From Schmidtea nova (taxonomy: Eukaryota), in contig CM097882.1 in NCBI GenBank assembly GCA_044892505.1, forward strand, positions 512,120,001 to 512,184,000: a stretch of DNA of 64,000 nucleotides, read 5' to 3'. The stretch's first letter is position 1. Each line of letters starts with the position of its first letter. Below are positions 23,639-36,580 of this stretch, piece by piece. Position numbers and translations under genes: made by a program. Under the pieces are notes generated by a model. The model saw only the letters and a list, made by a program, of their open reading frames with translations, was not told where the DNA came from and did not search any database.

Positions 23639-24410
23639 CAGGGATTCGGAGCGGTGGTTAAAAACGCTCCGCTCCAGGCACCGCTCCATTAGTAAGCGCT
23701 CCTGCTCCGCTCCGCTCCTTTAAACAGAACAAAACGCTCCGCTCCTGCTCCGATCCGCTCCATTAAAAAAAAATCACTCTGGTTTATTAAATAAAAAAAA
23801 TTTTAATTTCTGTTTTTTTTTTAGTATTTATTTAACAAAAAAACAATTGAAATTTTATATTAAAATTAAAAAACATAAATATAGTTCTACTATATTTAAA
23901 AAAACAACTTTAACTTAAAATAAAAAAACATAATATAGTTCTACTATAATAATAATAATAATAATATAATAAAGCCTTAAAGATTTTTTTAATCATTCTA
24001 TAAAATTTTTATTCAGCTTGATCAGCAAAATATCTTGAAGTCTTTCTTCACTCAGGCGACAACGAAGGTGCGAAAACACATATTTTAACACAGAAAAATT
24101 CCTCTCTACACTTGCCTGTGTAGCAGGCACTGCCAAAACCAGGGATTCGGAGCGGAGCGGAGCCCGGAGCCCTGTTCGGCTCCGGAGCTTATAATTTGCT
24201 TGGAGTAAACTTACACTAATTTTCCGAAACTGACACTACATTCGTTTTCGAAAAGAAATTTTAAAAAAATATGGAGCGGAACGGAACCGCGGAGCGGAAC
24301 CGCTCCGCTCCTTCTAATTTTTTTACTCACTGCTCCGCTCTTTACTCCAAGCAAATTATCCGCTCCGGAGCCGAACAGGGCTCCGGGCTCCGCTCCGCTC
24401 CGAATCCCTG
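23639..24410 (-). mobile_element. Non-autonomous hAT element with 8-bp TSD and an internal fold-back of one end
   Basis: TIR CAGGGATTCGGAGCGG at 23639 and, inverted, at 24410. TSD CTTACACA on both sides. Transposase C-terminus (VPATQASVERNFSVLK...LQDILLIKLN) at about 24139-24000 on the minus strand. An extra inverted copy of the terminus starts at 24140. Confidence 0.9.
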
Positions 24411-24507
24411 CTTACACAACACACAAAAAACCTATAATGAAAAATACAAACACATGGACATAATTTAAGTGACAGTCTTTAATTAAGGGATTTTAAAATT
24501 TTAAAAA

Positions 24508-25066
24508 ATCATGATTTATGAAGATATTTCAGAAACTTATTTGGAATCGACTATACTATTTTTTGGAGAGGATCAAGAAGAAATGTAAACTTACAATTAT
24601 ATTAAATAATTTTTAAAAAAATATTTTTAGAAATGCAGAAAATGAAGTTGTAATGCCTCAAATTGCCAAAACTGTAGAAAGAAAACATCGAAATACAACA
24701 AATTTTAAATTTTAATTTTTAACTTAAAATTTTATAGATAATCTGAACAAGAAAAAAATACTAAAAGAAGTAATGAAACGGCGTGAAAATTATGAAGAAT
24801 TCGGCAGGCAAATGGGTTTTGAATCTAAAATTATTAAAGACATAGTGTCGAGGTAGAAAAAACTGGCATTTTTACAGCAGGGAAAAGAGGCAAATAAAAT
24901 GTTAGCCTAATAATTGAAGAAAATGGAATACAATGAATTGATTCTGTGGACCAAAATTATTGGATTAATTTGGAAGAAATGAAAAACTTCTTGCATACAA
25001 TTAGCTGCAATGAATACACAAAAACAATATCCAAATGTTTAAAAGATAAGCTGATAAAATTATAAA
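24508..25066 (+). pseudogene. Spliced pseudogene, possibly encoding a death-domain-like protein
   Basis: GT-AG-bounded segments. The exon from 24738 reads ...ENYEEFGRQMGFESKIIKDIVSR*...KEANKMLA**, which resembles the helix 2-4 pattern of death domains. In-frame stops present. Confidence 0.35.
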
Positions 25067-25623
25067 GACTTACTTTTTTCTGTAATTCATAAATATCTAG
25101 ATAAAATAAATTGGTATTTAACTTAAAATATAAAATAAATTTATAATTTGCTAAAATAGCTTAAATACATAGCTAAAAAATTAAATTTTAAAAAAATAAG
25201 TAAAAAGTAAGTAATAATAAATACCAACTGCCTGTATTAAGTGTCTTCGTGGCCCTTAATTACAGACTGTTGGTGTATTAAGCTAATTTTGTTAATAAAG
25301 ATATAATTTGTGTTAATCACCTAGTGCTCATATTTTAATACGGCCTGTTGAAAAAAGGGTTGTTCATACCTGTTCTAAAAAAATTATTGCTTGATATAAG
25401 TTTGCGTGAAAATGGCTATATTAATTCTTTTAAAACCAAATTAGACTTTCTTTTCGAATGATTACTTCCAGAATTATCAACGCAGTTCTTATGAACAAAG
25501 CTTTTAGTACCATTGTCTGAATAACCCCTTATTTTATATTTTCTTTAGAAGATTTCAAAAATTATTAATAAAAAACAAAATACAACAAATAAACAAGCTT
25601 TATTCAAATAAACTTAGTAAATG

Positions 25624-26279
25624 TTATTTCCCAATAGCGACATCATCCAAACAACTTATTCCAGCAGAATCAATTAATTTCACCTTGAAATTACTTAAGT
25701 TATACACAAATCGTTTTTGAATCTCCTTAATGCAATCATGCATTAATCCGATTGCTTCTTCTCTGCACATGTTTGGATCATATTTGCGGTCCAATACCGA
25801 CAAGCTTACATAGCTGCCGTATCCATGAATGGCAAATGGAACATTGACAATTGACCCAAGATAGTCCATAAAATATAAAGCCGGTACACCGGATTTATCA
25901 TCCATACCACCGAGCAGCAAGTTCACATGATAGGCGTTTCTTGTGCGCAGCGTATCCACTAATTGTCGGCGAGTAAAATGAGCTGCTGCAGTCGGAGACA
26001 TTTCGTAGCCATTTCTTATCTTGTATAATTGTACATTTTGCAGAATAAATTCCGCAAAACTGACCGTATCGCCAGAATCACCACAAATTCCCAGAGCAAG
26101 TTTTTCACTTAACTCGTAGATTTTATCAACATCTATATTAATATTAATATTAAAAATGCATCAAATTTGCATCAAATTTACTCACCATTTCTCATACAAA
26201 CGATAGATCTACCGCCATTTCCATCACTTGCCATTAGAATAAAATCGTTAAAACGAATACCAATCAAACATTCCGTCAT
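25624..26279 (-). CDS. PSMB2: 20S proteasome subunit beta type-2 (beta4/PRE1), 200 aa, exons 26279-26186 and 26132-25624
   Basis: MTECLIGIRFNDFILMASD...GDTVSFAEFILQNVQLYKIRNGYEMSP...YHVNLLLGG...HGYGSY...CIKEIQKRF. A 53-nt GT-AG intron (26133-26185) restores the frame. AATAAA lies about 20 nt after the stop. Confidence 0.95.
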
Positions 26280-27282
26280 TATTAATTACTATAGGATTTA
26301 GCTTTTTTTAAAAATAATGTCAAATAGGATAATTATTTAAACAAGACAAAAATTTATTAAAGTAGATAAATTGAATTAATTTTTCCTAAAGATTTTGTTG
26401 ACTGTATATTGGTTGCAAAATAAAAATTTTAAAATTTAATTTATTTATTTGAAATTTTAAGCTAAATAAATTTATGTTAAGCTAGATTAGGTATTATAAA
26501 ATAAAATTATTTTTGGTGGGGTATTACTTGAATTTAAAATTTTATGAGTAAAATGTTGGTGAATAGGTCGTTAAGTTCTACAAAACTAAAAAATTATTCA
26601 TTCATTTTTAATTTATTTATAATTATTGAATATCTTTTTTTCAAGGGACCCCCATTTATATTTTATTATCATATTCGTACTCGTCTCCCCGTTTGCCATT
26701 CGTACATTCCTATTCCCTCGTCATATGTTAATTTTTCAAATTTTTTAATTAAATTTTTGTACTTATTTATTAATTTTGAATTTAACGCTATTCAACCTTA
26801 TTATTGATTTTCTTCAATCCCTGGCGCACTCTCATTTTACTTGCACTATTTTAGACTAACATCAATAATTATATCAAAACTAGTATCTGTGTCCAGAATA
26901 AACTCTTTTCTAAAATCAGGGAATATTAACACTGGTGCCATCATCAATACCTTTTTTTATTTCATCGAATGCTATCTAACATGTCTGTCCAAATTATTAG
27001 TTTGGTGGGTTGTTGATCGTCAATATGACCTTGGCGTTACTATGGCTCCCATCAACAACTCAACATACAAAACATTAGATTAACCATCTTGTTGCCCGTC
27101 ACGCTGTAACGTTGGTAATGGAACAAATGGGTGGGTATTCGCAATCAGTGAGCGCCGAAAATTCGAAACTATGATTGACCGAATATATCCTGGGTCCAAA
27201 GGCTACCGATAGAAGATTTAATGCCCATTTTGTCCCTTCTTTAACCATTTATCTATAAGCATTCAATAAAATTTGGTCGGCA

Positions 27283-27411
27283 NNNNNNNNNNNNNNNNNN
27301 NNNNNNNNNNNNNNNNNNNNNNNNNNNNNNNNNNNNNNNNNNNNNNNNNNNNNNNNNNNNNNNNNNNNNNNNNNNNNNNNNNNNNNNNNNNNNNNNNNNN
27401 NNNNNNNNNNN
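27283..27411. other. Assembly gap
   Basis: Run of N. Confidence 1.
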
Positions 27412-28107
27412 ATAATAACCATATCAATTGTAAATTTTCCCTACAAAATTTTAAATCTAGAATTTTATAAAATAATAAAATTTTTGATTTATAATTTTCA
27501 TATATTCCAATATAATTTTTGATTTAAAAATTTCTAGGAAAATTTTTGATTTTTATTTTATAATTTTTACATAACATAGTGTCTCTAAAAGTAAATTTTT
27601 ATTTTTACGACCAACTTTGAAATTCCATTAAATTCATATAATAATAAAATTTCCAATTCATAAATTTCCCAATCTAAATAATTCAATCTAAAAAATTTTA
27701 TATATACACTAAATTATCTCCAAAAATAAATTATAAAATTTTACAAAAATTAATTTTCCATATATATAATTTCAAACCGGTTCTTCTTGCGATCTCTAAT
27801 ATTCAAAATCTAGATGCAGTTCTTAGAAGTTTTTATCAATTAGGTTCACGCTTTAATGTAAAAATTCAACGAACTATTATCGAGTATAATCGGTAATCAT
27901 AATTTAATATAACATTTTCATTGCTCTTCGAGTGTTCATTTACGAGCTTTTATACGTTTGACTTTCCAATCGACTTTGCGAGCTTTTTCATAGTGAAGTA
28001 GAGACGACGTTTATTGAGCGAAAGCGATTGACGAATGAATATTTCTAATTCATTTGTATTATGTTCACATTTTTATGTAGTTAGCAGAATTATACATTTT
28101 GATGTAA

Positions 28108-28113
<6 letters not shown>

Positions 28114-28153
<40 letters not shown>
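28114..28153. repeat. (TA)n microsatellite
   Basis: Visible TA run. Confidence 0.9.
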
Positions 28154-28158
<5 letters not shown>

Positions 28159-30381
28159 ACTATAAATAAAATATTCATTTGCGTCACTGAATACCATATC
28201 ACATTTCAAAAAATTGTAATAGGATTCTAGACGTAAATTATTATGAACAGACCTCGCGCTTGGCCAATCCACTACTCCTTATATAGCCAGGTATGAGATG
28301 AAGCGTTTTTGGAAGTTTGCGCTCACTTCGATGAAAAAAATGGATCAGAACGCTGAAAGGACTCCAGTGAACTAATGATTCACTAAAGCGACTAATGACG
28401 GTACAATGACTAGGTGGACCATCATCAAACGTATGGAAATGGTTTTAATTAAAAAAATATAAGTATGCATATAAATAAATAAATGAATATCAATATAAGT
28501 ATGTTAGGTTGTGAGAAAATATGATCAAAGTAAAAATTAAAACTTGAATAGAAAAATTATAATAATCATTACATATTTTACCATAAGGTAATACATTATC
28601 AAACTTCGAAAATAAATTAAAAATCAAAATCAGAATACCTACGGCAGGGTAACATGGCATGATTTGCTAGCCTGCTTAACGATTCCTACATAATCAAATA
28701 GCTTCTCCGCTTGGTTCGAATACGATTTCTAGAAATTTTTCGAGGGGTTTGCTATCCAAGGATTCTCTTAAACGATTTTAAGCAAAGTTATCTCTTAAAA
28801 ATTTAACTGCTAAAAACGTTTCAAATTTTTAGCAACAAAATTCCAGAAAATTCTGCGCAAATTCTGCAAATTCTGACGAAATTGATGATGAAATCCATTT
28901 TGATGGCGGTATATATAGTTGCTCAAATTTTTATTTTCGTTGAGGTATAAAAAAAAACAAATTCTTCTTGAAGGAATTTTCCGATTTTTGAAAATTAATT
29001 TCAATAATTTCACTCAAAATTGAATTATTATTTTTGCATAATATTTTAATTAAATTCTAAATAATTTATTTTTGATCTAAAATTTCAATTTAAAATCAAA
29101 TTTTTTCCTAATTTAATTAATTTGTCATAATTTCTAACTATAACAATTTTCTTTCATATTTTCTGAATTTCTACACTAAAATTTGAAAATTTCCTCTCGA
29201 AAAGATGTTTATTTTTTCTAGTGTGCTATTCCATTACACAAGTGATGTTCTCACGCTATACAGGTGTTTTTTACATATACACTCAATGCGCTTTTGTTCG
29301 TTTCAATTTTTCAACGTGTTCTAATCAACTATTTCATGTGTTCTAATACTACTGGGTTGTATTTAGTATTTTGGGTTCATAGAATTCCAAATCTACTTCC
29401 TCGTGTGCTCTCTACATATTATAATACCGCGCTATTTAAACCAATCTCAGTCTTTGCCCAACAATTTCATTATCTTTTCCACACATACTTTCCAACGCTC
29501 TCGCTTTCTTCGTATACTCTTTAATAAATAGTCTGTTATAATTATACATTCTTAAAAAACTTCTTAGGTTCTTTATTCGTTTTGGTCTTTGAAAAGACTG
29601 TATCGGTCTTATTTTACTTTGGCCTGATCGGATCCCTTCGCTGTTTATCATATACCCAAGAAATCTAACTTTTTTTCCAAAATTTGACACTTTCTGGGTT
29701 AATTCTTAATTTTGATAATGATAATGTTTCTAATACCATCCTCAGTTTATTGTAATGTTATATTGCTCTCGTAAATATCAATGTATCATCAAGATATGCC
29801 ATTACTCCTTTAGATAATTCTTTTAATACTTTCGTCATAAGTTCTTGGAATGTGCCTGGTGCTGCTCCAATACTGAAAGGCATTCTGTTAAAAAAATGTC
29901 CTCTTGTTGAAAATGCTGTCTTTTTTGAGAAGAACAATTTTCGCTTCTCCTGTATAGCACCGATAAGAGCCAAAAACTAGAAACTAATCTGATATTGGGG
30001 TTTGGCATTAGGTATCACAAAGCTTTACCTTTTTTACTTGCGTAAAAACAGTCACCCGACAAATACTTTTCAGTTAGATATTTATCAATCGATTTTTTAT
30101 AATATCCTAGAAAGAAAGTTATTCTTTGTCAAATTTAATTTTAGAAAAATGCTCCCATGAATCCTGATACATTTTTTGCTGAATTTAAAATATGAATTGA
30201 CCCTTTTCTTTTGCTATTTACTTTTTAGGGTTGGAACAGCTCATAAATAATAAACGGATTTGTACCAGTTCACAATTTATACTCGAAATGAACTTAATTC
30301 TCTTTTCAAAACAAAGGGTAAGACCATATTATATAGTACGTTTACATGAAATATTACAGAAAAAATATAATCATAAACATT

Positions 30382-30427
<46 letters not shown>

Positions 30428-30434
30428 TAATACA

Positions 30435-30799
30435 TTAATATTTAGGTAGGAACATTAAATCATTATTTAAAGGTTCTTTCAGCATCACATAGAAATAGCA
30501 ATCTCCCCAATCATACACTGTTCCGATCTTGATATCAACTTGCTGCTTGGGAATTTGTTTCAATTTTATCATTTTTTGTATTTTCAATTCATCGGCTCCC
30601 GATTGAATCGGACGAATGTTCGGCGCAGTAGCCACCGTCACGTGAGTCAGCAAGTGAAACTCATCTAAAATTACAGAAATACCAAATTAAGATCAGAAGT
30701 TTCACTATAATTATACACAAATTTACATGATTTAATTAACGAGCTTTGCAACATTCCCTTAACTGTTTTTACAGTCAAATAACCAGCTAAATAGCTTGG
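30435..30799 (-). CDS. Two terminal exons of an unidentified gene (30799-30727 and 30664-30435)
   Basis: Splicing out a 62-nt GT-AG intron gives PSYLAGYLTVKTVKGMLQSSLIKSYEFHLLTHVTVATAPNIRPIQSGADELK...YDWGDCYFYVMLKEPLNNDLMFLPKY*. Upstream exons were not found. Confidence 0.45.
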
Positions 30800-31777
30800 C
30801 TATACAAATTGTACTCAAAAATTACATTAAGATATTTCAAAACCATAGGTAAAATTAAATAACCAATACAATTAATAAATTATTGTATAAGATGAAAAAT
30901 AAGATATTGAACTTAATATTTTAGCGCCGAGAGCCAAAGATTTCAAGGAAAATAGTTGAGGGCCGAATGGGTAGTTAATAGAAAATAATATGGAATAATT
31001 ACACATTTGTATCATATGCAATATAGATTAGATTTGATTTTTAAATATAAAATTTCTTTCTAAAGTGTTCACGAGCCGCATAAAAAAGCTGACAGGCCGC
31101 ATGCGTCCTGTAGGCCATATGTTATCGAGGTGTGCTATAGATTATTATTATTAATTTTTATATTTATATATCAACAATATTTTTCAATTGAAAGAGGATA
31201 TAATAAAATGAAATTTGAACTAGATTTGGGAGTTTCATAATGCTGATTAGAGCAGCAACCAAGGAGCCATCTCCCTAAATCAATATTATAGAAATGTGAT
31301 CAGAACTGAAACATCTTTTAAAATAGAACTTGTTTTTAAATTAATTTAAAAAAAAGAATTTTTAAGCTAATAATAATTTAATAATAATAAATGATAATGA
31401 TATATCCCCAGATTAGATTTAGATACACTGTAAACATTTTTTTGAGTGAAAATTAAAACATAATGAGTTATTATTATTGTATTCACTATTATTCTTACAT
31501 ATAAACATAGATAATGTTCATAGAAAAATGTTCAAAGCGGGCCGCGGGTTGGCCATCCTTGTGGTGATATAATTAATATATAAATTAATATAATATTTAT
31601 ATTAAATATAAATTAAATATATATTAAGCGTATATTCAATTTATATTTTATTATATAACAAAAGAAATTGTATAAAAAACTGAAAAGATAAAAAACGCTT
31701 GTTTTAATTTTGTAGTATTTTAAAATATACGGTTTGCATTGTTGAATTTATTCATATTAATAAGTCTGTGTTAAACT

Positions 31778-32022
31778 ATGAATATATCTGACTTTAAACT
31801 TTTCATTAAATGGAGCACTGCTGATGTTCACCCTATCGATCTATCATTAATAGATTACACTAATTATAGTGGAAAATATGCAAAAATCATTCCCCAGTCT
31901 GCTGGTCGTTATCAAACAAAACGATTTAGAAAAGCACAATGTCCAATTGTTGGGCGATTAATATGCTCTCTAATGATGCACTGTCGAAATAACGAGGAAA
32001 AGATCAAAGCAAACAATATCAT
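31778..32022 (+). pseudogene. RPS5: 5' half of ribosomal protein S5 (uS7), fused in frame to unrelated sequence
   Basis: [12 protein letters not shown]...DLSLIDY...[40 protein letters not shown] matches eukaryotic uS7, with substitutions at conserved sites. Similarity ends after about 82 codons. Confidence 0.85.
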
Positions 32023-32280
32023 GATGGTTAACACAAATGTTACAATTACGTTTAACAAAAAGAATACGGCTTTGGTGCTGTTTGCAATTCATCCACAATC
32101 TATGACGGCAATTCGAAATCTTGATGTCTGTTTCCTGCGGGGCAAACAAATACATTTACGTATATCAAAAACAAATGTCATCCAATTAGCAATGGAGAAG
32201 GCGAACTACGCAAATACCACAATCCATGATTTAATTGATAGTAAAAATGATATTAATTATTTTAAAAGAATATACTAGTT

Positions 32281-33101
32281 CAGCAGTCGGTAACCTATGG
32301 CACGCGTGCCATTAGGTGACACACGAGAAGATCTCTGATAGAACCCACGAAAGTGACAATTTATTAAAATTTATGTTAATAAAGGTTTCCAATCGCTTCG
32401 GTATGCACTTTCATATTCATGAGCGACTGTTATAAAGGCATGCACTCTTACTTCTCTGATAAATATGCATCAGAGTACACAGACGTACTTATTACGTAAT
32501 GAATTTACGTTACTGCAGCCGACTGAAACACAGTTCCCTCGAGCGGTAATTTAAAGTTTCTTTGTGAAAAGTTACATCGACTCTACAACAATTCACTGCT
32601 TTAACCCTTTCGCTGCGGCGCGTGTTTAAGCGCTTTGGACCCCGTGTGCGGCGTTTTTTCAGGCGCACGGATTAGTACGTTTGTCGCACTATGTATGATG
32701 TACGTGCGTATATACACGGTATCCGCAGTTAATTTACTATTTAATAACAAAAAACAGACATGCCTATAGCATTTTTATTTGTTATAATATAATTATAATG
32801 CAGCGTATGCGTTAAATCTACGCAGTTAGTACCAAATTTTGCCTGCGTATTAAACCGGTTCTAGCATACGAGCCATAAAATTATTTTACGGCTTCGTACG
32901 GTTCACGCAGCGAAAGGGTTAAATAAAAAGTTGGAGATCTAATTAAAACGTATATTTTTAAGGTAAATATTTATTAATACTACACCAGTAAAATTATCTT
33001 CATATAAAATGGTTTTTGTTTTTTTGGTGACACGTTTAATGTGCAGTAATTTTAATTATCTGTTTTATGGCACGACAATGCATTTGGATTGCCGACCGCT
33101 G
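32281..33101. mobile_element. Non-autonomous hAT element
   Basis: Imperfect TIRs CAGCAGTCGGTAACC / CAGCGGTCGGCAATC. Flanks TACTAGTT and TGTAAGTT match only partly. Confidence 0.65.
32605..32918. mobile_element. piggyBac-type MITE (314 bp)
   Basis: 13-bp TIR CCCTTTCGCTGCG at both ends, flanked by TTAA on both sides. Confidence 0.9.
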
Positions 33102-33690
33102 TGTAAGTTTTTGTAAATAAAAGTTTTTCTCTTTTCTTGCAATTTTTTATAAGCTTTGCAAATTTAGGTTTTGTAAAAAGTTTTAAGATGGTTAATGTTT
33201 TTGGAAATCTTTTTACTTTTTATATGAAGAGTTAAATGGGAAATAAGTTCGGCAAGTCAAACGATAGAAATCTTTCAGTTGGTTTCAGTATTTTTGTCAA
33301 AGTTCAAAATATGCTATAAAAAAGTTACAAATAAAATATGTTGATGAAATTAGGTTATTACGACGAGACGATGCTCTTGGAGTTTGTTATAATATGAATT
33401 GACTTAATAAAGAAAACACTGGCAACAATTTTGCTGTTTCATTAAAATTACTTATTTTAACGTGTACCCTGAAGGTTTATGGAACATTTTTGGTAGTAGA
33501 GCGTGTTTCCAGAACGTTGTTAATACATGAAATAAACGTATTAACTTTAAAGTAATTAAATTGATTAGTTTAATGGTAGGCGTACCTTAAATATAATTTT
33601 ATTTTTAAATTTATTGAAATTTTTATAGTTTGTTGTTCATTCAATGGCATTTAGTTGCAAAAATTTCTTTTGTTAGTTTTGCGTTTAAAG

Positions 33691-34728
33691 TATTGGATTT
33701 TTTGGTTGTTGGTAAAATGGTAAAAGTTACCAATCAAATATCTGACTCCAAAGCGTGTTTTAATTGACCCACAAATAACAATTCACACTGGAAACTTTAT
33801 TGAGTATCACAAATATTTTCAATTTACACTGACGTGACCAAAATTCAACAATTCAACAACTGATTATACAGTGCTTATTAAAACACGATGGTGAACAATA
33901 GCACTCACGTATGATCTTGATTTAAACAATCACTCACTACTGATGTTATAACAATTGGTAATTTAACGGGTTGCTTTCTTGATTTGACTTGGATTTTCGC
34001 CGAACTTTACTCAGTTATTAACTTAATAGGTTCTTGTTGTTTATCCCTTTGTTTCTGATTCTCCTTTTAACTTTTTTTAAATTTTCTCTTAAGTTTTCTG
34101 CTTCGAAATTTCTTCCTGATTCTCTTCAATTTCTCCGAATAAATATCGTCATATTGTCTTCTGTTTCGTCTGACTTCAATCATCTGTTCCAAGTATTTTC
34201 CACAATATTCTGTCTAACAATGTTCTCCTCTCCAAAGTTCTCTCTAACAATCTTCTGACTGCTTCTGCTGTGCTTTGTCTTTTTATACCTCGTCAAATTT
34301 GTGGCACTTAAGTTTATCTGTCATTTCCCATTTTCCTTCCACATAATTCCCCGTCTTTTTCTGTAACGGAGTTATCTCTGACAGCTATCAAGATATTCTC
34401 TATTTTTCCTTCTTGTCACTCCGCCCTGTTTTCTTTCTGTTTCCGATATCTCTGACAAGCTGTCGAGATAAGTACATTGTTGTTGTTTCTGTTTTTCACG
34501 ATTTAAAATTCCTTTTCCTTTTGTACTAATTATTTAGTGCTGACCTTTGTTTTTGTTTTCTTGTCTGATTTCTTTTGTCTGATTCCTCTTTTTCATTTTT
34601 CATTTCTTTTCTTTTCATTTCCGTTTTCTTTTCCATGTTCCTATTGACCGTCTCCTTCGTGTTGGCGATTTTCCCCCAAGTAATTTTATTTATTTATTCA
34701 TAAATTTGTTATTTAGGTATCGTCAACA
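33691..34728 (-). mobile_element. Solo LTR, ~1-kb family
   Basis: TGTTG...CAA(T/C)A termini, 4-bp TSD AAAG and a purine-rich strand with TATAAAA. Homologous to 36581-37504. Confidence 0.8.
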
Positions 34729-36580
34729 AAAGTTTACATATGTCAAGGGGAACGTAGTTATTAGACAACAATAAAAACTAAAAACCACACAGATCTTTAT
34801 AAAACTATGTCGGGTAACACAAATGTTACAAAAAAGAGGTTAAAACAATGTTGAAGTGGCTTCAAAACAGTTCTGGCAGATATCACAAGGAGAAAAAGGC
34901 TAAAAGATTATTAGAATAGAACAAAGATTAATCACAGAATTTGTCCTTTGAATTGGAATCACTTAAAATTGCCGAAAGATCAATCAAAAATCAGTATTCT
35001 AAGGAAAACTCAAAATTGTTGCTGGGGTTGAAGACACTAAAGTAACAAATCTCTAATGAAAGGGTAACGGATTGTCCTATTAGACGAGCGATATTGAAAG
35101 TTTGTATCGAAGATAACGACAAAGTCATTGAGAAAAAGTATTTGTATTTAAGACAATACGTAAAAATGTTGTTAGGACCTGGTTGCTTCACCTGAGGTCC
35201 AGGGATGCACAAACTAGTTCCAAGGGATCCGTTATTAGAAAAGGAAAAACGAGGAATCATTGCAAATTTTATAAACAATTGGTACTCAAATAAAATAAAT
35301 ATCCACAAAGATTTTGAGAAAATAAATTTTTATATTGAAATAACAGAAATAATCTACCAATGTACGTACATCTTATTTAAAAATTATGTTTACTGGAGCA
35401 AACCCTGTGATTCTAAATCTCATAAGTTTCAAACGATGAATTTGAAAGAGCTTTGGATTTTATTGTTGGTCAGATATTTTGTTCTTGGTACGACGGCTTT
35501 AAAGTCTATCATTACGTTGGCAAAGTTATCTTTGTGAATCTGGATTCTCAACACTTTCAATCATGAAATCCAAATAACAAAACAAGTTGAATGCAACAGA
35601 TGATATGCCTGTTGCCCTATCAAAAAAACCCTCAATTTAGCGTCCTGGTGTCAAATAAGCAGTCGCAACCATCTCATTAAGATTAAATCTTTCTTGTATT
35701 AATAATTTTTGTTTTGTTTTAAACGTAAATAATTCTTTTCTAAGACATTATTAAAAATAATTGTTTTTTCATCTTTATAATAATATATTTACAGTTTTTC
35801 AGGTAAGGTGCCGTGTCTGAGTAATTGTAAACATTTGGCATGGTTTAAATCAGCACTAAAAAGGAACTATGAGGTTTTATTCAATGACCAGGAACCCGCA
35901 TAACGATTTTACGCGATCAGATATAACTAAATAAAAGATCTGGAGAAATTTTCAGTTTTCATAAAATTTTATTCTTAAAATTAAGAAACGCAATAATCAA
36001 GAGGAATTATAAGACGACACGTTGTATCATTGCCTTTTGAGGAAATCGACAGAGATAACGTTTGTTAATGGGAAGGATATATTGCAACCCGCGAAGAGAG
36101 ATCCATTGAAATATTTGCTGATTGCATCGAAATTGAAATGTAGAAACGTCTGAAAGTAATTAGGTGTATTATTTGGGAAAATTAATTAGTAATTAAAACT
36201 CAAAGCTAACAACAATCCTGACTACAAAACAAGTATTGTGAATCAGTTGAGGAAAATAAAATGTGTAAAATGAGGTTTGGAACATTATCTTAATCAATGC
36301 TCATAATTCATAAACGGACTTGGGAGTCAGAAAAAGTTTGCAGTAAAATCTAAACATTTTTTTCAATTGTTTTTCTGCTGGACAATACGCAAGTGTACAA
36401 AACGTAAATTTTGTAAAGATTTTCGGATTGAGCATCAAAACTTATTGTATAAAACAAATTAAATCTAAGGAGATGTTGTGGAAATGGAGCAGAAAAAGTT
36501 GAAGATTTCAGACCTTATATTTTAATTCACTTCCATGTTTTCTTGAATTTCATATTTTTAATATTAATTTTCATTATCTT

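Larger units (their letters stand above)
26850..30150 (-). mobile_element. Decayed Gypsy-associated element, copy B
   Basis: RT remnant (MPFSI...FQELM...YLDD; FLGY) at 29250-30000. RNase H start (APVLIFPDFRKEFILDTDTS) at 26850-26960. The non-coding region is colinear with 18270-22300 and interrupted by an N gap. Confidence 0.65.

Noticed and set aside
28700-28725. GGTTCGAAT B-box suggesting a tRNA or SINE
   Set aside because: No A-box at a suitable distance and no cloverleaf.
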